DNA of 64,000 bases from Bacillota bacterium (GCA_041655595.1 JBBAFB010000001.1:2168-66167), one strand, 5' to 3'. Positions 8,682-18,747 are shown, counted from the first letter of the stretch. Notes: a model not told the origin generated them from the letters alone. Numbers and translations are program-made.

Positions 8682-10538
8682 TCAGACCTCTTCAATCAGA
8701 AATAATTCTTGCCCGTATTCCACCATTTCACCGTTTTTCACAAGCACATCCACGATATAGCCGGATACATCCGCTTCAACTTCATTCATCAATTTCATGG
8801 CTTCAACGATACAAATAGTTTGACCGGGCTTCACCAAATCACCTATTTTAACAAAGGGATTCTCATCGGGATTTGGGGCCTTGTAAAATGTTCCAACCAT
8901 AGGGGATTTCAAAACATGATGTTTGCTCGCGACTTCCTGCCTTTGCTCGTTTTTAACCCCCATGTTTATATTTTCACTAAAACTTTTATCTAACAGTTTT
9001 TGATTTACATCCTCATTTGAGTATTTTTTTATCAATAATTTTATCTCCCCGGTTTCTAAATTAAATTCACTCATGCCGGATATTTCCAAGGTTTTAATCA
9101 AGTCATTAATTTCTTTTAAATCCATCTTTATTTTCCCTCCCCTTTCTGAATCTTTCCCGAAAACTTCCTTGTTTACACCCTTCTCCGCTTTCATGCTATC
9201 TAACAAGCCTGACCTTCTATCCTCAAAAAACTTCATTGCTACTTGCGGAAACAAACAATAGGATAGAACATCTTCCTCGGTCTCTACTATTCCTTTTAAC
9301 TCTTGCCTTGCCCTTTCCAGCCTCGGTTCCAGTTTATCCGCCGGCCTTTGATAACAAACTTCACCTTCTTTAATAATCCGTCCCCTAATCTCCAGATCCA
9401 CTTCACCTGGTGGACGGCCATAGGCACCCTTTAAATAGGCCTTAACCTCACCGGGGACCAGCTTGTACCTTTCCCCTGTAATCACATTTAAAACAGCTTG
9501 TGTGCCTACAATTTGACTTGTGGGGGTGACCAGGGGAGGATAGCCCAGTTCTTTTCTCACTCTTGGAATTTCAGCCAAAACTTCATTTAATCTAGGCAAG
9601 GAGTTTTGTTCCTTTAGTTGAGAAACCAAATTTGTGATCATTCCTCCCGGTACTTGATGACCAAAAACCTGCATGTCGGTAATTCTGGTTACACCTCTCT
9701 CGTAACCCAATTCTTTTCTGAGTTCATCAAAATAGTGGGCTATTTCAAATAATAAATCGAGATCCAAGCCTGTATCATGGTCTGTATTGGACAATGCTCT
9801 TACAATTGTCTCCACCGGCGGCTGAGAAGCACCAAAGGCTAAAGGCACCGAAGCGGTATCAACAACATCCACTCCCGCACTTGCCGCTTCTAAATAGGCA
9901 CCTACCGCCAAGCCGCCAATATAATGGCTGTGTAATTGAATTGGTATCTCCAGCCTTTCTTTAAAAAGCTTGACGAGTTCAAAGGCATTATGAGGCGATA
10001 AAAGCCCTGCCATGTCCTTTAAGCAGATGGAATCCGCACCAATTTCCTGAAGCTTCAGAGCTGTGTCCAGATAATGCTCCACAGTATGAACAGGACTGAT
10101 GGTGTAAACTACAGTCCCTTGAGCATGCGCCCCGGCCTTTTTTATCGCTTCAATAGGTATTTGCATATTTCTGAGATCATTCAAAGCATCAAACACCCTG
10201 ATGATGTCCATCCCGTTATGAACGGCTTTATCTATAAAGGAGCGAACTACATCATCCGGATAATGCTGGTAACCCACCAGGGATTGACCCCTCAACAGCA
10301 TTTGCAATTTTGTATTTTTAACTCTTTTGCGAAGAACCCGCAGCCTATCCCAAGGATCCTCCCCAAGGTATCTTAAACAAACATCAAAAGTTGCCCCGCC
10401 CCAAACCTCTAATGAATAATAACCGACATTATCAATTTTTTCGATAATAGGCAACATGTCTTTTGTACGCATTCTTGTTGCCCACAAACTTTGATGTCCA
10501 TCTCTTAAAGTGGTATCCGTTAACCTGAGCCTTTTCAT
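8682..10538 (-). CDS. Pyruvate carboxylase subunit B / oxaloacetate decarboxylase alpha-like (5S carboxyltransferase TIM barrel + C-terminal biotinyl domain)
   Basis: 618 aa. N-term LRLTDTTLRDGHQSLWATRM (HMGL-like carboxyltransferase) and C-terminal biotinylation motif EAMKLMNEVEA. 3-nt spacing to the biotin carboxylase gene. Confidence 0.8.
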   Translation of the reverse strand: MKRLRLTDTTLRDGHQSLWATRMRTKDMLPIIEKIDNVGYYSLEVWGGATFDVCLRYLGEDPWDRLRVLRKRVKNTKLQMLLRGQSLVGYQHYPDDVVRSFIDKAVHNGMDIIRVFDALNDLRNMQIPIEAIKKAGAHAQGTVVYTISPVHTVEHYLDTALKLQEIGADSICLKDMAGLLSPHNAFELVKLFKERLEIPIQLHSHYIGGLAVGAYLEAASAGVDVVDTASVPLAFGASQPPVETIVRALSNTDHDTGLDLDLLFEIAHYFDELRKELGYERGVTRITDMQVFGHQVPGGMITNLVSQLKEQNSLPRLNEVLAEIPRVRKELGYPPLVTPTSQIVGTQAVLNVITGERYKLVPGEVKAYLKGAYGRPPGEVDLEIRGRIIKEGEVCYQRPADKLEPRLERARQELKGIVETEEDVLSYCLFPQVAMKFFEDRRSGLLDSMKAEKGVNKEVFGKDSERGGKIKMDLKEINDLIKTLEISGMSEFNLETGEIKLLIKKYSNEDVNQKLLDKSFSENINMGVKNEQRQEVASKHHVLKSPMVGTFYKAPNPDENPFVKIGDLVKPGQTICIVEAMKLMNEVEADVSGYIVDVLVKNGEMVEYGQELFLIEEV

Positions 10539-10552
10539 TACTTTACCTCCAA

Positions 10553-10580
10553 AAAAACCCTTGATGGATTATCAGGGCTT
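10553..10580 (-). terminator. Rho-independent terminator downstream of spoIIIAH
   Basis: Minus-strand hairpin CCCTGAT-aatcc-ATCAAGGG (one bulge) followed by TTTTTTT, between the spoIIIAH stop and the carboxyltransferase RBS. Confidence 0.45.
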
Positions 10581-10669
10581 CATAGTTTGATCTTTATTGT
10601 ACATTATAAGTTCGCTCTTACCCCGCCGCAACAGCTTTAGCCCATGTATACATAATTCCTGTCGAATTA

Positions 10670-11230
10670 TTAACTTTTAGCGAAAATGGTAATCTTGGAC
10701 AGGGGAATTCCTGTTGTTCTATGCACTAAATCCGCAATTTTAACGGCATCTTTGTTATCAAAGCCATCATCCTTTACCACCACTGTAACCTGATTTTCTT
10801 GTATAAAAGTTACTGCGTCCTCGTAGCCTTTGGCAATTATTAGTGTTTCCAACGTTAGTTCCTGATCAAGAGAGTTAGTTAACTGCAGCACCTTATGTAA
10901 AGCCTCCTGACGGACCTCATCAGCCACGCTTGCAGAATTAAACATAGTTTGCAACATCTCTATCTCTTGTGCACGTTGCCTGTCTCTTTTTAAACGGTAT
11001 TCCATAAAAAAATTATTTTCATCAAAATCTTCAAATTGATCATTTTCAATTTCATAGCTGCCTTCCGCCTCCAAACTAAATTCTTCGCCGCCAACCTCTA
11101 AACCGACAAGGCTATCAGCAGCGGATTCGTTTTTAAGCTTTTTCCCTTCTTCAAAACTAAGATATAAAAATACTAAAGCTAAAACTATTAACACAACAAA
11201 AACTGTGCGCCTACTGGTAATTATAGTCAT
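10670..11230 (-). CDS. spoIIIAH: Stage III sporulation protein AH
   Basis: 186 aa. N-terminal TM then acidic linker and YscJ/FliF-like C-domain. Last gene of an 8-gene operon with SpoIIIA order and sizes. Confidence 0.75.
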   Translation of the reverse strand: MTIITSRRTVFVVLIVLALVFLYLSFEEGKKLKNESAADSLVGLEVGGEEFSLEAEGSYEIENDQFEDFDENNFFMEYRLKRDRQRAQEIEMLQTMFNSASVADEVRQEALHKVLQLTNSLDQELTLETLIIAKGYEDAVTFIQENQVTVVVKDDGFDNKDAVKIADLVHRTTGIPLSKITIFAKS

Positions 11231-11240
11231 CTTATTTACT

Positions 11241-11837
11241 TTACCTCCTTGATAAGACTTGAATTCGATGTATTTCTAAACCCAAGGCTGTTTCCACTGC
11301 CCTGGTCAGCTTATTTTTTACCTGGGCATCCCTGGCTCCTTCCGCAACTACCAAGACCCCTAAAATCTGTGGCCTAGTTTCCCTTATAATTATCGGTTGT
11401 TCTAAACCGGCTTGATTGCCCCTGATCAACACATATTGATCTGAAGAATTATTTTCGGTTGTTAACCTAACACCACCTCCTTGGTCTTTTTCATCAATCA
11501 CTCTTTGATTGGCAGATACATTTATCGCATACTCATAACTGGTACCAGCAGCCAAAAAAACTGCCACCTCAACTTGCCCGGCCCCTTGGATCTGGGACAA
11601 AATTTTCTCCAACCTTAGCTCCAATTCTCTTTCCTCTTCCCTAATTAAGGTATCAACGGAAACCTCTGCCACGGAAACCAAGCCTTCATTTACTGGCGAT
11701 ACGCCTAGGCGGCTGGTCATAAAAAGTAAAACACCTATTAAAAAGATACCTGTCAGCAAAAAGATTGTTTGCTTTGGCTGCTCAAAAAAGTGATCCAAAA
11801 GCCTTTTTTTAGTTTCTTCACTGCCCAAGAAGAACAA
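11241..11837 (-). CDS. spoIIIAG: Stage III sporulation protein AG
   Basis: 198 aa, single TM plus soluble domain. Position 7 of the spoIIIA operon. Confidence 0.75.
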   Translation of the reverse strand: MFFLGSEETKKRLLDHFFEQPKQTIFLLTGIFLIGVLLFMTSRLGVSPVNEGLVSVAEVSVDTLIREEERELELRLEKILSQIQGAGQVEVAVFLAAGTSYEYAINVSANQRVIDEKDQGGGVRLTTENNSSDQYVLIRGNQAGLEQPIIIRETRPQILGVLVVAEGARDAQVKNKLTRAVETALGLEIHRIQVLSRR

Positions 11838-11848
11838 CCCCCGTTCCT

Positions 11849-12472
11849 TTATGGGTTTTCAATCAAAATATTAATCTTTTCAGGTTCCACATTCAGGTAA
11901 GCACCTACTCCCAACCGAATCTGTGCAATTAAATTTGAGGAAAGAGCATTTCCCCCGGTCCTTACCTCCTGTCCAACCAAAAGGTTTCGCTGATTAACCG
12001 TTACTTCTTCAACCGGTTCAACTTTTTTAAAACTTAAATTTTGTTGTAATTCATTAATGATTATTGTAACTTGGCAGACCTCTTGTTCTTTTAAGCTTTT
12101 ACCCTCTAAAGTTAACGCCACCTTCGGAGCAATTATGCCGTAGGTAAAAGACAGCATCCCTTCAATTTGATCCTCAAGATGTGCTTTTGTCATTTCAAGA
12201 GCGGCTTCTTCTTGCTTTTTCTCCAATTCTTTGCTTTGCTGGATAATTGATCCCAACTTACTTTCAGAACCTTCAGCCTCGAAGACCAATCTTATATCAA
12301 TTTGTTGATGTAATAGATTTAGCACCGGTGTTAACAAGGTGATTATAATAAATAAGCCGAGTATTACCTTTAAGTAGCCTTTAAAGCTATTGTTTGGCAG
12401 TAATAGCTCCATAAAAAAACCAAAAAACAATAATATTGTTAGATTAGCAATAATTGTTTGCAACCCTTGCAC
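11849..12472 (-). CDS. spoIIIAF: Stage III sporulation protein AF
   Basis: 207 aa (B. subtilis 206 aa), two N-terminal TM helices. Operon position. Confidence 0.75.
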   Translation of the reverse strand: MQGLQTIIANLTILLFFGFFMELLLPNNSFKGYLKVILGLFIIITLLTPVLNLLHQQIDIRLVFEAEGSESKLGSIIQQSKELEKKQEEAALEMTKAHLEDQIEGMLSFTYGIIAPKVALTLEGKSLKEQEVCQVTIIINELQQNLSFKKVEPVEEVTVNQRNLLVGQEVRTGGNALSSNLIAQIRLGVGAYLNVEPEKINILIENP

Positions 12473-12489
12473 CGTGCTACCCCCCTGAA

Positions 12490-13644
12490 TTATCTCAAAA
12501 AGACGGTCATGTTACCTAAACCGGCAATAATTGTAATTACAATAAAAAACATTAAACCAACGGCTACCACAGTCCCAAAAATTACAATCATTATCCCTGA
12601 TAAGCTCTCCAGCATCTTTGCAATCCCAACCTCGCCAAAGGGCTGCACTATGGCGGCCGTTAACCTATAGATAAGAAAGATGGCTATAATTTTTATTGCC
12701 GGCAAAAGACAAATAATAACTACAACGATAACACCTATGAGGCTGACCGCGCTTTTCAATAATAAGGTTGTACCTATGACTGTCTCTAATGCTTCGGAAA
12801 AAACTTTTCCGACAATAGGAATAAAACTGCCCGTTAGAAATTTGGCCGTCCTTAATGCCACGCCATCGGCCATCGCACTAGCCGTTCCCTGAATAGAAAG
12901 TATCCCAATAAAAATTGTCAGAAATAATCCAAGAACACCGATGCTGATTTCCTTTAGTAGGTTCGCAAAACTGCTAACTTGAAACTGTTCGGAAACAGAA
13001 GCAACAACCATCATCACGGAGGCAAAGTAGATTAACGGGAAAACGATCTTTATTATTAAACTGCCTAAAATACTGATACCTGCTAAAACAAAAGGGTGAA
13101 CAACAGTAGCGGTTGTAAAGCCTCCGATGGCTGCAATCAGGGTCAGTAAAACAGGAAGAAGTGCATAGATGAAGTCCATTACCTGTTCAATAGCTGTTGT
13201 GCCAATTTTGATTACATGATTAAAGGAATATAAAACTACTGAAACCACAGCTAAAAAAATTACGGAATTAGCAAGTTTACTGATAGTTGCCTGTTCAAAG
13301 GCGGAATTTAGGTTTTTTAGAATTGCGGACAAAATAACCAACACGAGTATTTGTCCCATAAAATGTGAATTAGCTAATAATTCCTTGAAGGAGTAATTAA
13401 GCAAAGTCTGCAGAATGGCAGCAAAATCAAATTTAAATTTGCCTTTTTTGAGATCCTCAAAAAGGTTACTAATGCTTAATTCAGGAAATTTTTCATCCAG
13501 CTCCCTATCCAGGTTTTTTAAAAACCCTTCCAATTCCCCTGTGTCAATTTCCGGTTGTTGAAAACCACCTTCCGCTAATGCATTATTAGCAGGTAATAAA
13601 AACAGCAATATAAAGAAAAAAAGAATTGCCCACCCCTTAGACAT
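12490..13644 (-). CDS. spoIIIAE: Stage III sporulation protein AE (polytopic membrane protein)
   Basis: 384 aa. Signal peptide plus multiple TM helices. Size and position match SpoIIIAE. Confidence 0.8.
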   Translation of the reverse strand: MSKGWAILFFFILLFLLPANNALAEGGFQQPEIDTGELEGFLKNLDRELDEKFPELSISNLFEDLKKGKFKFDFAAILQTLLNYSFKELLANSHFMGQILVLVILSAILKNLNSAFEQATISKLANSVIFLAVVSVVLYSFNHVIKIGTTAIEQVMDFIYALLPVLLTLIAAIGGFTTATVVHPFVLAGISILGSLIIKIVFPLIYFASVMMVVASVSEQFQVSSFANLLKEISIGVLGLFLTIFIGILSIQGTASAMADGVALRTAKFLTGSFIPIVGKVFSEALETVIGTTLLLKSAVSLIGVIVVVIICLLPAIKIIAIFLIYRLTAAIVQPFGEVGIAKMLESLSGIMIVIFGTVVAVGLMFFIVITIIAGLGNMTVFLR

Positions 13645-13655
13645 TTTGTATCACC

Positions 13656-14060
13656 TCATGGCAGCAACCGAATAATTGTTTCAAATACTGCAGTAAAAAT
13701 GGGAACAGCTAGAACTAAGATCAAAACTTTTGCCGCAAATTCAATCCTGCCTGCAATAGCAGTCTCTCCGGCATCCCGGGAAATTTGCGTCCCGAATTCA
13801 GCTATATAAGCCAGCCCGATTATTTTAAGAACAGTTGATAAATAAACTTGGTTAACTTTTGCCTTAACAGCTAACTCCTCTAAAGATTTCAGAATATAAG
13901 CAACATCATCCAAAAGAGCTACAAAAATTATGATGCCTACGACCACACTGACCAATAAAGCACTTGTATATGAATTGGTTTCCTTTAAGAAGACAGAAAC
14001 TATAGCAGCTACTAATGCTAACCCTATAATCTGCATAATATCCATCAAGCTCCACCTCAA
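13656..14060 (-). CDS. spoIIIAD: Stage III sporulation protein AD
   Basis: 134 aa (B. subtilis 133), 4-TM membrane protein. Confidence 0.8.
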   Translation of the reverse strand: MRWSLMDIMQIIGLALVAAIVSVFLKETNSYTSALLVSVVVGIIIFVALLDDVAYILKSLEELAVKAKVNQVYLSTVLKIIGLAYIAEFGTQISRDAGETAIAGRIEFAAKVLILVLAVPIFTAVFETIIRLLP

Positions 14061-14270
14061 TTAGTAGAAACTAAAAACCCTTTCAACTGCCTGAAACAAC
14101 TCCAATATATAGGGAATGGTCATCGTTAACACCACCGCAAGCCCTGCTAAGACAATCATGTAGGCATATTCATCCCGACCCGCCTGCTTTAAAAAAGTAA
14201 AAAATACGGAAATGATAATAGCGATGCTTGCAATTTTAAAAATAATTCCCACCTCGGACAAATTAAACAT
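14061..14270 (-). CDS. spoIIIAC: Stage III sporulation protein AC
   Basis: 69 aa (B. subtilis 68), 2-TM. Abuts spoIIIAD with no gap. Confidence 0.8.
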   Translation of the reverse strand: MFNLSEVGIIFKIASIAIIISVFFTFLKQAGRDEYAYMIVLAGLAVVLTMTIPYILELFQAVERVFSFY

Positions 14271-14280
14271 GTCGTCCTCC

Positions 14281-14814
14281 TCAACATAGAAGAATAATTA
14301 AGGCAAGTCCCCCCAAAAGACCCATTGAACGCCACATGCGCTGATTCTTTTGTTTCTTTGTAAGTGCATCCTGCTGCCTAATCTGTAACAATTCCTGAAT
14401 CAGTTTAAACTTTTTAAGTTGCTCCTGGCGACTGGTAGAACCTAGACCAAGGCCAAAATCTTTTAAAATCAAGATATCATCTTTAGTAAGGCTGGATTTT
14501 TGGCAAAAGATCTCCAAGGCCCTTCGCCATGCTTCTTCGGTTGAAATTCCTTCCCCATCGTTTAAAACGACTAAGAGTTTGTCCCATAAAGAGTTTGAAT
14601 CCTGTGCATTGATACTTTTTAACTTTTTAAATATCTGGGGTAAGGGTGTAGCATTATAATTAATCTCCATTTCCAAAAATACAAAATCATTTCTTAGGCT
14701 TTCAAGTTCCCTTACCCTGCGGGACAACTGCATTCCACCGAAAAAACCCAAGCCGGATGTGGCAATTAAGATCAGTATTGCCCCCAAAATTTTCAATTTC
14801 TTTACCTCTTCCAT
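14281..14814 (-). CDS. spoIIIAB: Stage III sporulation protein AB
   Basis: 177 aa (B. subtilis 171). N- and C-terminal TM segments with a GspF-like cytoplasmic domain. Confidence 0.8.
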   Translation of the reverse strand: MEEVKKLKILGAILILIATSGLGFFGGMQLSRRVRELESLRNDFVFLEMEINYNATPLPQIFKKLKSINAQDSNSLWDKLLVVLNDGEGISTEEAWRRALEIFCQKSSLTKDDILILKDFGLGLGSTSRQEQLKKFKLIQELLQIRQQDALTKKQKNQRMWRSMGLLGGLALIILLC

Positions 14815-15842
14815 AAATTTTTAGGACTTTTTTGAAAACCTTCCCCGTCCAGGATGGCCTCAATTGTTCCGGGGCCCGACCGCCGGCTTAAAATAACATA
14901 TCTTTCAAATACCTTACTTCTAAGCAAATCCCCCATCACAGGCCTTTCTTTTAGTTCATAAAAGTCATAACCATGCACAGTTGCCAAAATAGTAACCCCC
15001 GCATTAATTATTTCTAAAATTGCTTTAACATCGTCTGCTTTTCCCAACTCATCAACCGCAATAATTTTTGGTGACATGGAACGGAGCAAAATAATCATTC
15101 CCAAAGCTTTCGGGCATCCATCCAGCACATCTGTTTGGTATCCCAGATCATTTTGCGGAACACCACGGTAGGAGCCTGCCAGTTCTGAACGCTCATCCAC
15201 AAGGCCAATATTGACACCGCTTAACAAACCGGGAATACCATCGGAAAACTGCCTGATTAAATCACGTAACAAGGTGGTTTTACCCGCCCCGGGCGGAGAA
15301 ATAATTAAAGTGTGAAGTACCCTTTCCTGCCGACAATCAATTAGGCTCGGTATCAAATAATCGGCAGCTCCCACAATTTCTCTGGCTATTCTAAAATTTA
15401 ATCCGTTCAAATTTTTTAAGGTTTTTAAATTCCCGTTAGCAATTACTGCTTCCCCTGTAAAACCCACCCTATGCCCCCCGGGTAAAGTTAAATATCCCTG
15501 GGATAACTCTGTTTCAATAGCATAAAAAGAACCATCACTTATTAAAGCAACTACTTTTTGCAACAGTTCCGCGTTAATGAAAAAGGGTTCCCCCGTAAAG
15601 GGCTTTGCCAGTTCACCTGAGTTAGTGATCCAAAAAGTTTTTCCACCTATTTGACAAACTAAGGGCTTATCCACCCTTAGCCGAATCTCTTCCAATTCAA
15701 CCAGTTCCTCTGTTGGAAAGGATTTTAAAAGCTCCTTTAGCTGCAGGGGGAAAAAAGGTAAAATACTATTCAACTGACTATGCGCACTGATATGGATTTT
15801 ATTAAAACTCGTTAAAATATTAGTTTTAGAAGAACATTCCAT
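14802..15842 (-). CDS. spoIIIAA: Stage III sporulation protein AA (secretion-type AAA+ ATPase)
   Basis: Walker A ISPPGAGKTTLLRDL. The ORF track starts at 15905, but MECSSKTN at 15842 has a GGAGGA RBS 6 nt upstream and is preferred. Confidence 0.8.
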   Translation of the reverse strand: MECSSKTNILTSFNKIHISAHSQLNSILPFFPLQLKELLKSFPTEELVELEEIRLRVDKPLVCQIGGKTFWITNSGELAKPFTGEPFFINAELLQKVVALISDGSFYAIETELSQGYLTLPGGHRVGFTGEAVIANGNLKTLKNLNGLNFRIAREIVGAADYLIPSLIDCRQERVLHTLIISPPGAGKTTLLRDLIRQFSDGIPGLLSGVNIGLVDERSELAGSYRGVPQNDLGYQTDVLDGCPKALGMIILLRSMSPKIIAVDELGKADDVKAILEIINAGVTILATVHGYDFYELKERPVMGDLLRSKVFERYVILSRRSGPGTIEAILDGEGFQKSPKNLWKR

Positions 15843-15913
15843 CAAGATTCCTCCTTTCTTAATAAACATATTTTTCCTTTTTAATTTTATGCCCCCTAGT
15901 TGCAAAAGTTAGA

Positions 15914-15958
15914 CAACTAAAAAAGACCATTTTCGGCTTTGCCACTAAAAATGGTCTT
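15914..15958 (-). terminator. Strong rho-independent terminator between the acidic-protein gene and the spoIIIA operon
   Basis: 11-bp perfect stem AAGACCATTTT / AAAATGGTCTT with a 14-nt loop, followed on the minus strand by TTTTTAGTT. Confidence 0.6.
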
Positions 15959-16020
15959 AATTATTAAAGCTAAGTAAAAATTTTATCTAGTAAATTAATT
16001 TTTTTGCATTTGCTGTACTG

Positions 16021-16539
16021 CTAATCATCTTCTCCTTCATTTTTTTCCCCGTCCTCTTCAATGCTTCCGCCTTCTAAGAACTCATCGCCAGCCTCTGAGG
16101 AATCATCATTGACAAAAACAACTGCATTACAGTTAGGACAAACAACCTCAATTAAATCATCGTCAATTAAAATATCCGAGTCAAAGTAAACGATATCGTG
16201 GCATTCGGGGCATTCAACTTCTACATAGGAGATGTCATCGTTAAAATCCTCATCTTCATCATCACTGCTATCATAAAAATCATCGAAATCAAATTCATCA
16301 TCGCTGTCATCATAGTCATCACCATAAACTTCTTCTTCCAGCCCCTCCAAATCCTCGTCAATTACTGTTACGTATTCCTCAAGTTCAGTTTGGTTTTCCT
16401 GGAATTCTGCTAAAACATCCACCACATCTACCAAAACATCAATTAGTTCGTCAATTAATCTGCCGACTTTGGGATCCTCCACTTCAATTCCATCTGCTAA
16501 CCCCTGTAGATATGCTACTCTTTTTTCCAACCCTTCCAT
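16021..16539 (-). CDS. Highly acidic zinc-ribbon protein (CPEC...CPNC), unknown function
   Basis: 172 aa. About 40% D/E in the central region (DDYDDSDDEFDFDDFYDSSDDEDEDFNDD) flanking a CxxC-N29-CxxC ribbon. Sits between efp and spoIIIAA, a position that is variable in Firmicutes. Confidence 0.5.
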   Translation of the reverse strand: MEGLEKRVAYLQGLADGIEVEDPKVGRLIDELIDVLVDVVDVLAEFQENQTELEEYVTVIDEDLEGLEEEVYGDDYDDSDDEFDFDDFYDSSDDEDEDFNDDISYVEVECPECHDIVYFDSDILIDDDLIEVVCPNCNAVVFVNDDSSEAGDEFLEGGSIEEDGEKNEGEDD

Positions 16540-16606
16540 GACAAATCCTCCTTTTCTTTACTACTAATTTATTATTTCCAAGAAGCCGCCTGCTAAACAA
16601 AAAAGA

Positions 16607-17164
16607 TTATGCCCTTTGAATATATTGGCCATCTCTAGTATCTATAATTAAAACATCTCCGACATTTATAAATAAAGGCACCTGCACCACAGCCCCTGTT
16701 TCCAGTGTTGCCGCCTTGGTCGCACCGGTAGCTGTGTCACCTTTTATGCCGGGTTCAGACTCTGTTACTTCTAGTTCAACAGTATTTGGCAATTCAACCC
16801 CAAAAGATTGCCCTTTAAAAAACAAGACATGGATATTCATATTTTCCTTCAGATATTTAACGGCATCATCAAGTTGTTCGGCACTAAGCGACAACTGCTC
16901 ATAATTTTCTGTATCCATAAAAATATAGTTTTCACTATCAAAATAAAGATACTGCATTTCCTTTCTTTCTATATGGGCCCTAAGCACCTTTTCTCCGGCC
17001 CTGAAAGTTTTTTCAAGAACAGCACCGGTGCGTCTGTTTTTAATTTTTGATCTGACAAAAGCTGCGCCTTTGCCCGGTTTTACATGCTGAAAATCTACTA
17101 CGGTATAAACATCCCCATCAAGCTCAATAGTTAATCCGGTTTTAAAATCATTTGTTGATATCAT
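16607..17164 (-). CDS. efp: Translation elongation factor P
   Basis: 185 aa. [43 protein letters not shown], including the conserved KPGKG loop. Confidence 0.92.
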   Translation of the reverse strand: MISTNDFKTGLTIELDGDVYTVVDFQHVKPGKGAAFVRSKIKNRRTGAVLEKTFRAGEKVLRAHIERKEMQYLYFDSENYIFMDTENYEQLSLSAEQLDDAVKYLKENMNIHVLFFKGQSFGVELPNTVELEVTESEPGIKGDTATGATKAATLETGAVVQVPLFINVGDVLIIDTRDGQYIQRA

Positions 17165-17200
17165 ACTACTCCTCCTTTGGGTTCTTACTTTAAGAAAAAG

Positions 17201-18283
17201 TTAAAGATTGATTTCCAGTAACTCCTTTGAGGTCTTAGTAAAGTTTTGATAACCCTTTTCGGTTACTAAAACCATATCTTCAATGCGCACCCCACCCCAG
17301 CCTTCTAAATATATACCCGGTTCTACCGTAACTACCATCCCTGCCTTTAACGGTAGCGGATTACCTTCAGCCAACCTGGGATTTTCGTGAATATCTAAAC
17401 CCACTCCATGTCCCAGACTATGTCCAAAATATTCACCATAGCCCTTTTTTCTGATGATATCCCTAGCAAGCTTATCAATATCATCGCACGTTTCGCCCGC
17501 TTTAATATGCTCTAGGCTGGCAAGTTGGGCTTCCAATACCAATTGGTAGATCTCTTTCTCTCTTGCTGTTGCTTTTCCCAATTTAATAGTACGTGTCATA
17601 TCCGATCGGTAGCCTTGGTAAATAGCACCAAAATCAATCACAACCAAATCCCCGGGCTCCAGCTTCTTTTCACTAGCGACTCCATGGGGCAAGGCACTTC
17701 GAAACCCCGAGGCGATAATAGTTTCGAAGGCAAAGCCGTTTCCACCTAAAAGCCGCATCTGATATTCCAATTCTGCTGCCAACTCTATTTCCCGGATACC
17801 GGGCTTTAAGAATGTTAAAATTCTTTGAAAAGCCTGATCAGCTATTGTAGCCGCCTTTTTAATAAATTTCACTTCAACCTCATCCTTACACTCACGCAAA
17901 GATTCGGTAACGTCCTTTGTTCCTGCTAGCTCCACCCCGTACATTTCCTTTTTTAACAGTTCAAACTGTGTATAGCTTAGCTGATCCTGTTCAAAGCCTA
18001 ACACCCTGATGTTATGCAGTTTAGTTAGCTCCAAAAGGGTAGTAGTCCACTTGTTGGCATGCTGCATCACCCGACAACAAGTTGCCTCTTTTTGTGCCTG
18101 TTTTATGTAACGAAAATCTGTCAACAGATAAGCATCACCTTCGGTAATTAAAAGGTAGCCCGCGGAGCCCGTAAAGCCCGATAAATAGTATCTATTTTTT
18201 TCATCGGTAACCAACAGGCCGTTTAAATTTTTTTTGGTTATTTCCACTTGAATCTGCTTACATCTGTTTTTAAATGGCATCAA
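17201..18283 (-). CDS. Xaa-Pro aminopeptidase / M24 family peptidase (YqhT-like)
   Basis: 360 aa. Creatinase N-domain plus pita-bread fold with metal ligands ([16 protein letters not shown]). Conserved efp neighbour. Confidence 0.8.
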   Translation of the reverse strand: MMPFKNRCKQIQVEITKKNLNGLLVTDEKNRYYLSGFTGSAGYLLITEGDAYLLTDFRYIKQAQKEATCCRVMQHANKWTTTLLELTKLHNIRVLGFEQDQLSYTQFELLKKEMYGVELAGTKDVTESLRECKDEVEVKFIKKAATIADQAFQRILTFLKPGIREIELAAELEYQMRLLGGNGFAFETIIASGFRSALPHGVASEKKLEPGDLVVIDFGAIYQGYRSDMTRTIKLGKATAREKEIYQLVLEAQLASLEHIKAGETCDDIDKLARDIIRKKGYGEYFGHSLGHGVGLDIHENPRLAEGNPLPLKAGMVVTVEPGIYLEGWGGVRIEDMVLVTEKGYQNFTKTSKELLEINL

Positions 18284-18297
18284 CTACCAACCTAACC

Positions 18298-18747
18298 CTA
18301 ATTATTTTTTGTCTTGTGGAGATACAAAGCCGCAAAAAAGGCAGTAATATAACTAACTTCTCCAAAACCTGTAATCTGTCCCCCGGCAACCTCCGCAATT
18401 ACGGATTTATGTCGAAAATTCTCTCTTTGATAAATATTTGACAAGTGAACCTCAATCACGGGAATAGAGATAGCCGCAACTGCATCCCTTAGGGCATAGC
18501 TATAATGACCGTAGGCTCCGGGGTTAAAAATGATGAAATCAATTTTTTGTTCTGACTCCGTCCGCTGCAGGACATCAATCAAGACACCCTCGTGGTTAGA
18601 TTGAAAAAACTCAATTTCCACCTGGTATTCTTTACCTAAACCCCGGAGGGAATCATTGATCTCATCCAGAGAAATTGAACCGTAAATAGCCGGTTCTCTC
18701 CTTCCCAAAAGGTTCAGATTAGGGCCATTTAAAAATAGTAGCTTCAT
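18298..18747 (-). CDS. aroQ: Type II 3-dehydroquinate dehydratase
   Basis: MKLLFLNGPNLNLLGRREPAIYG is the classic AroQ N-terminus. The ORF track begins 13 codons earlier at 18786. Confidence 0.85.
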   Translation of the reverse strand: MKLLFLNGPNLNLLGRREPAIYGSISLDEINDSLRGLGKEYQVEIEFFQSNHEGVLIDVLQRTESEQKIDFIIFNPGAYGHYSYALRDAVAAISIPVIEVHLSNIYQRENFRHKSVIAEVAGGQITGFGEVSYITAFFAALYLHKTKNN

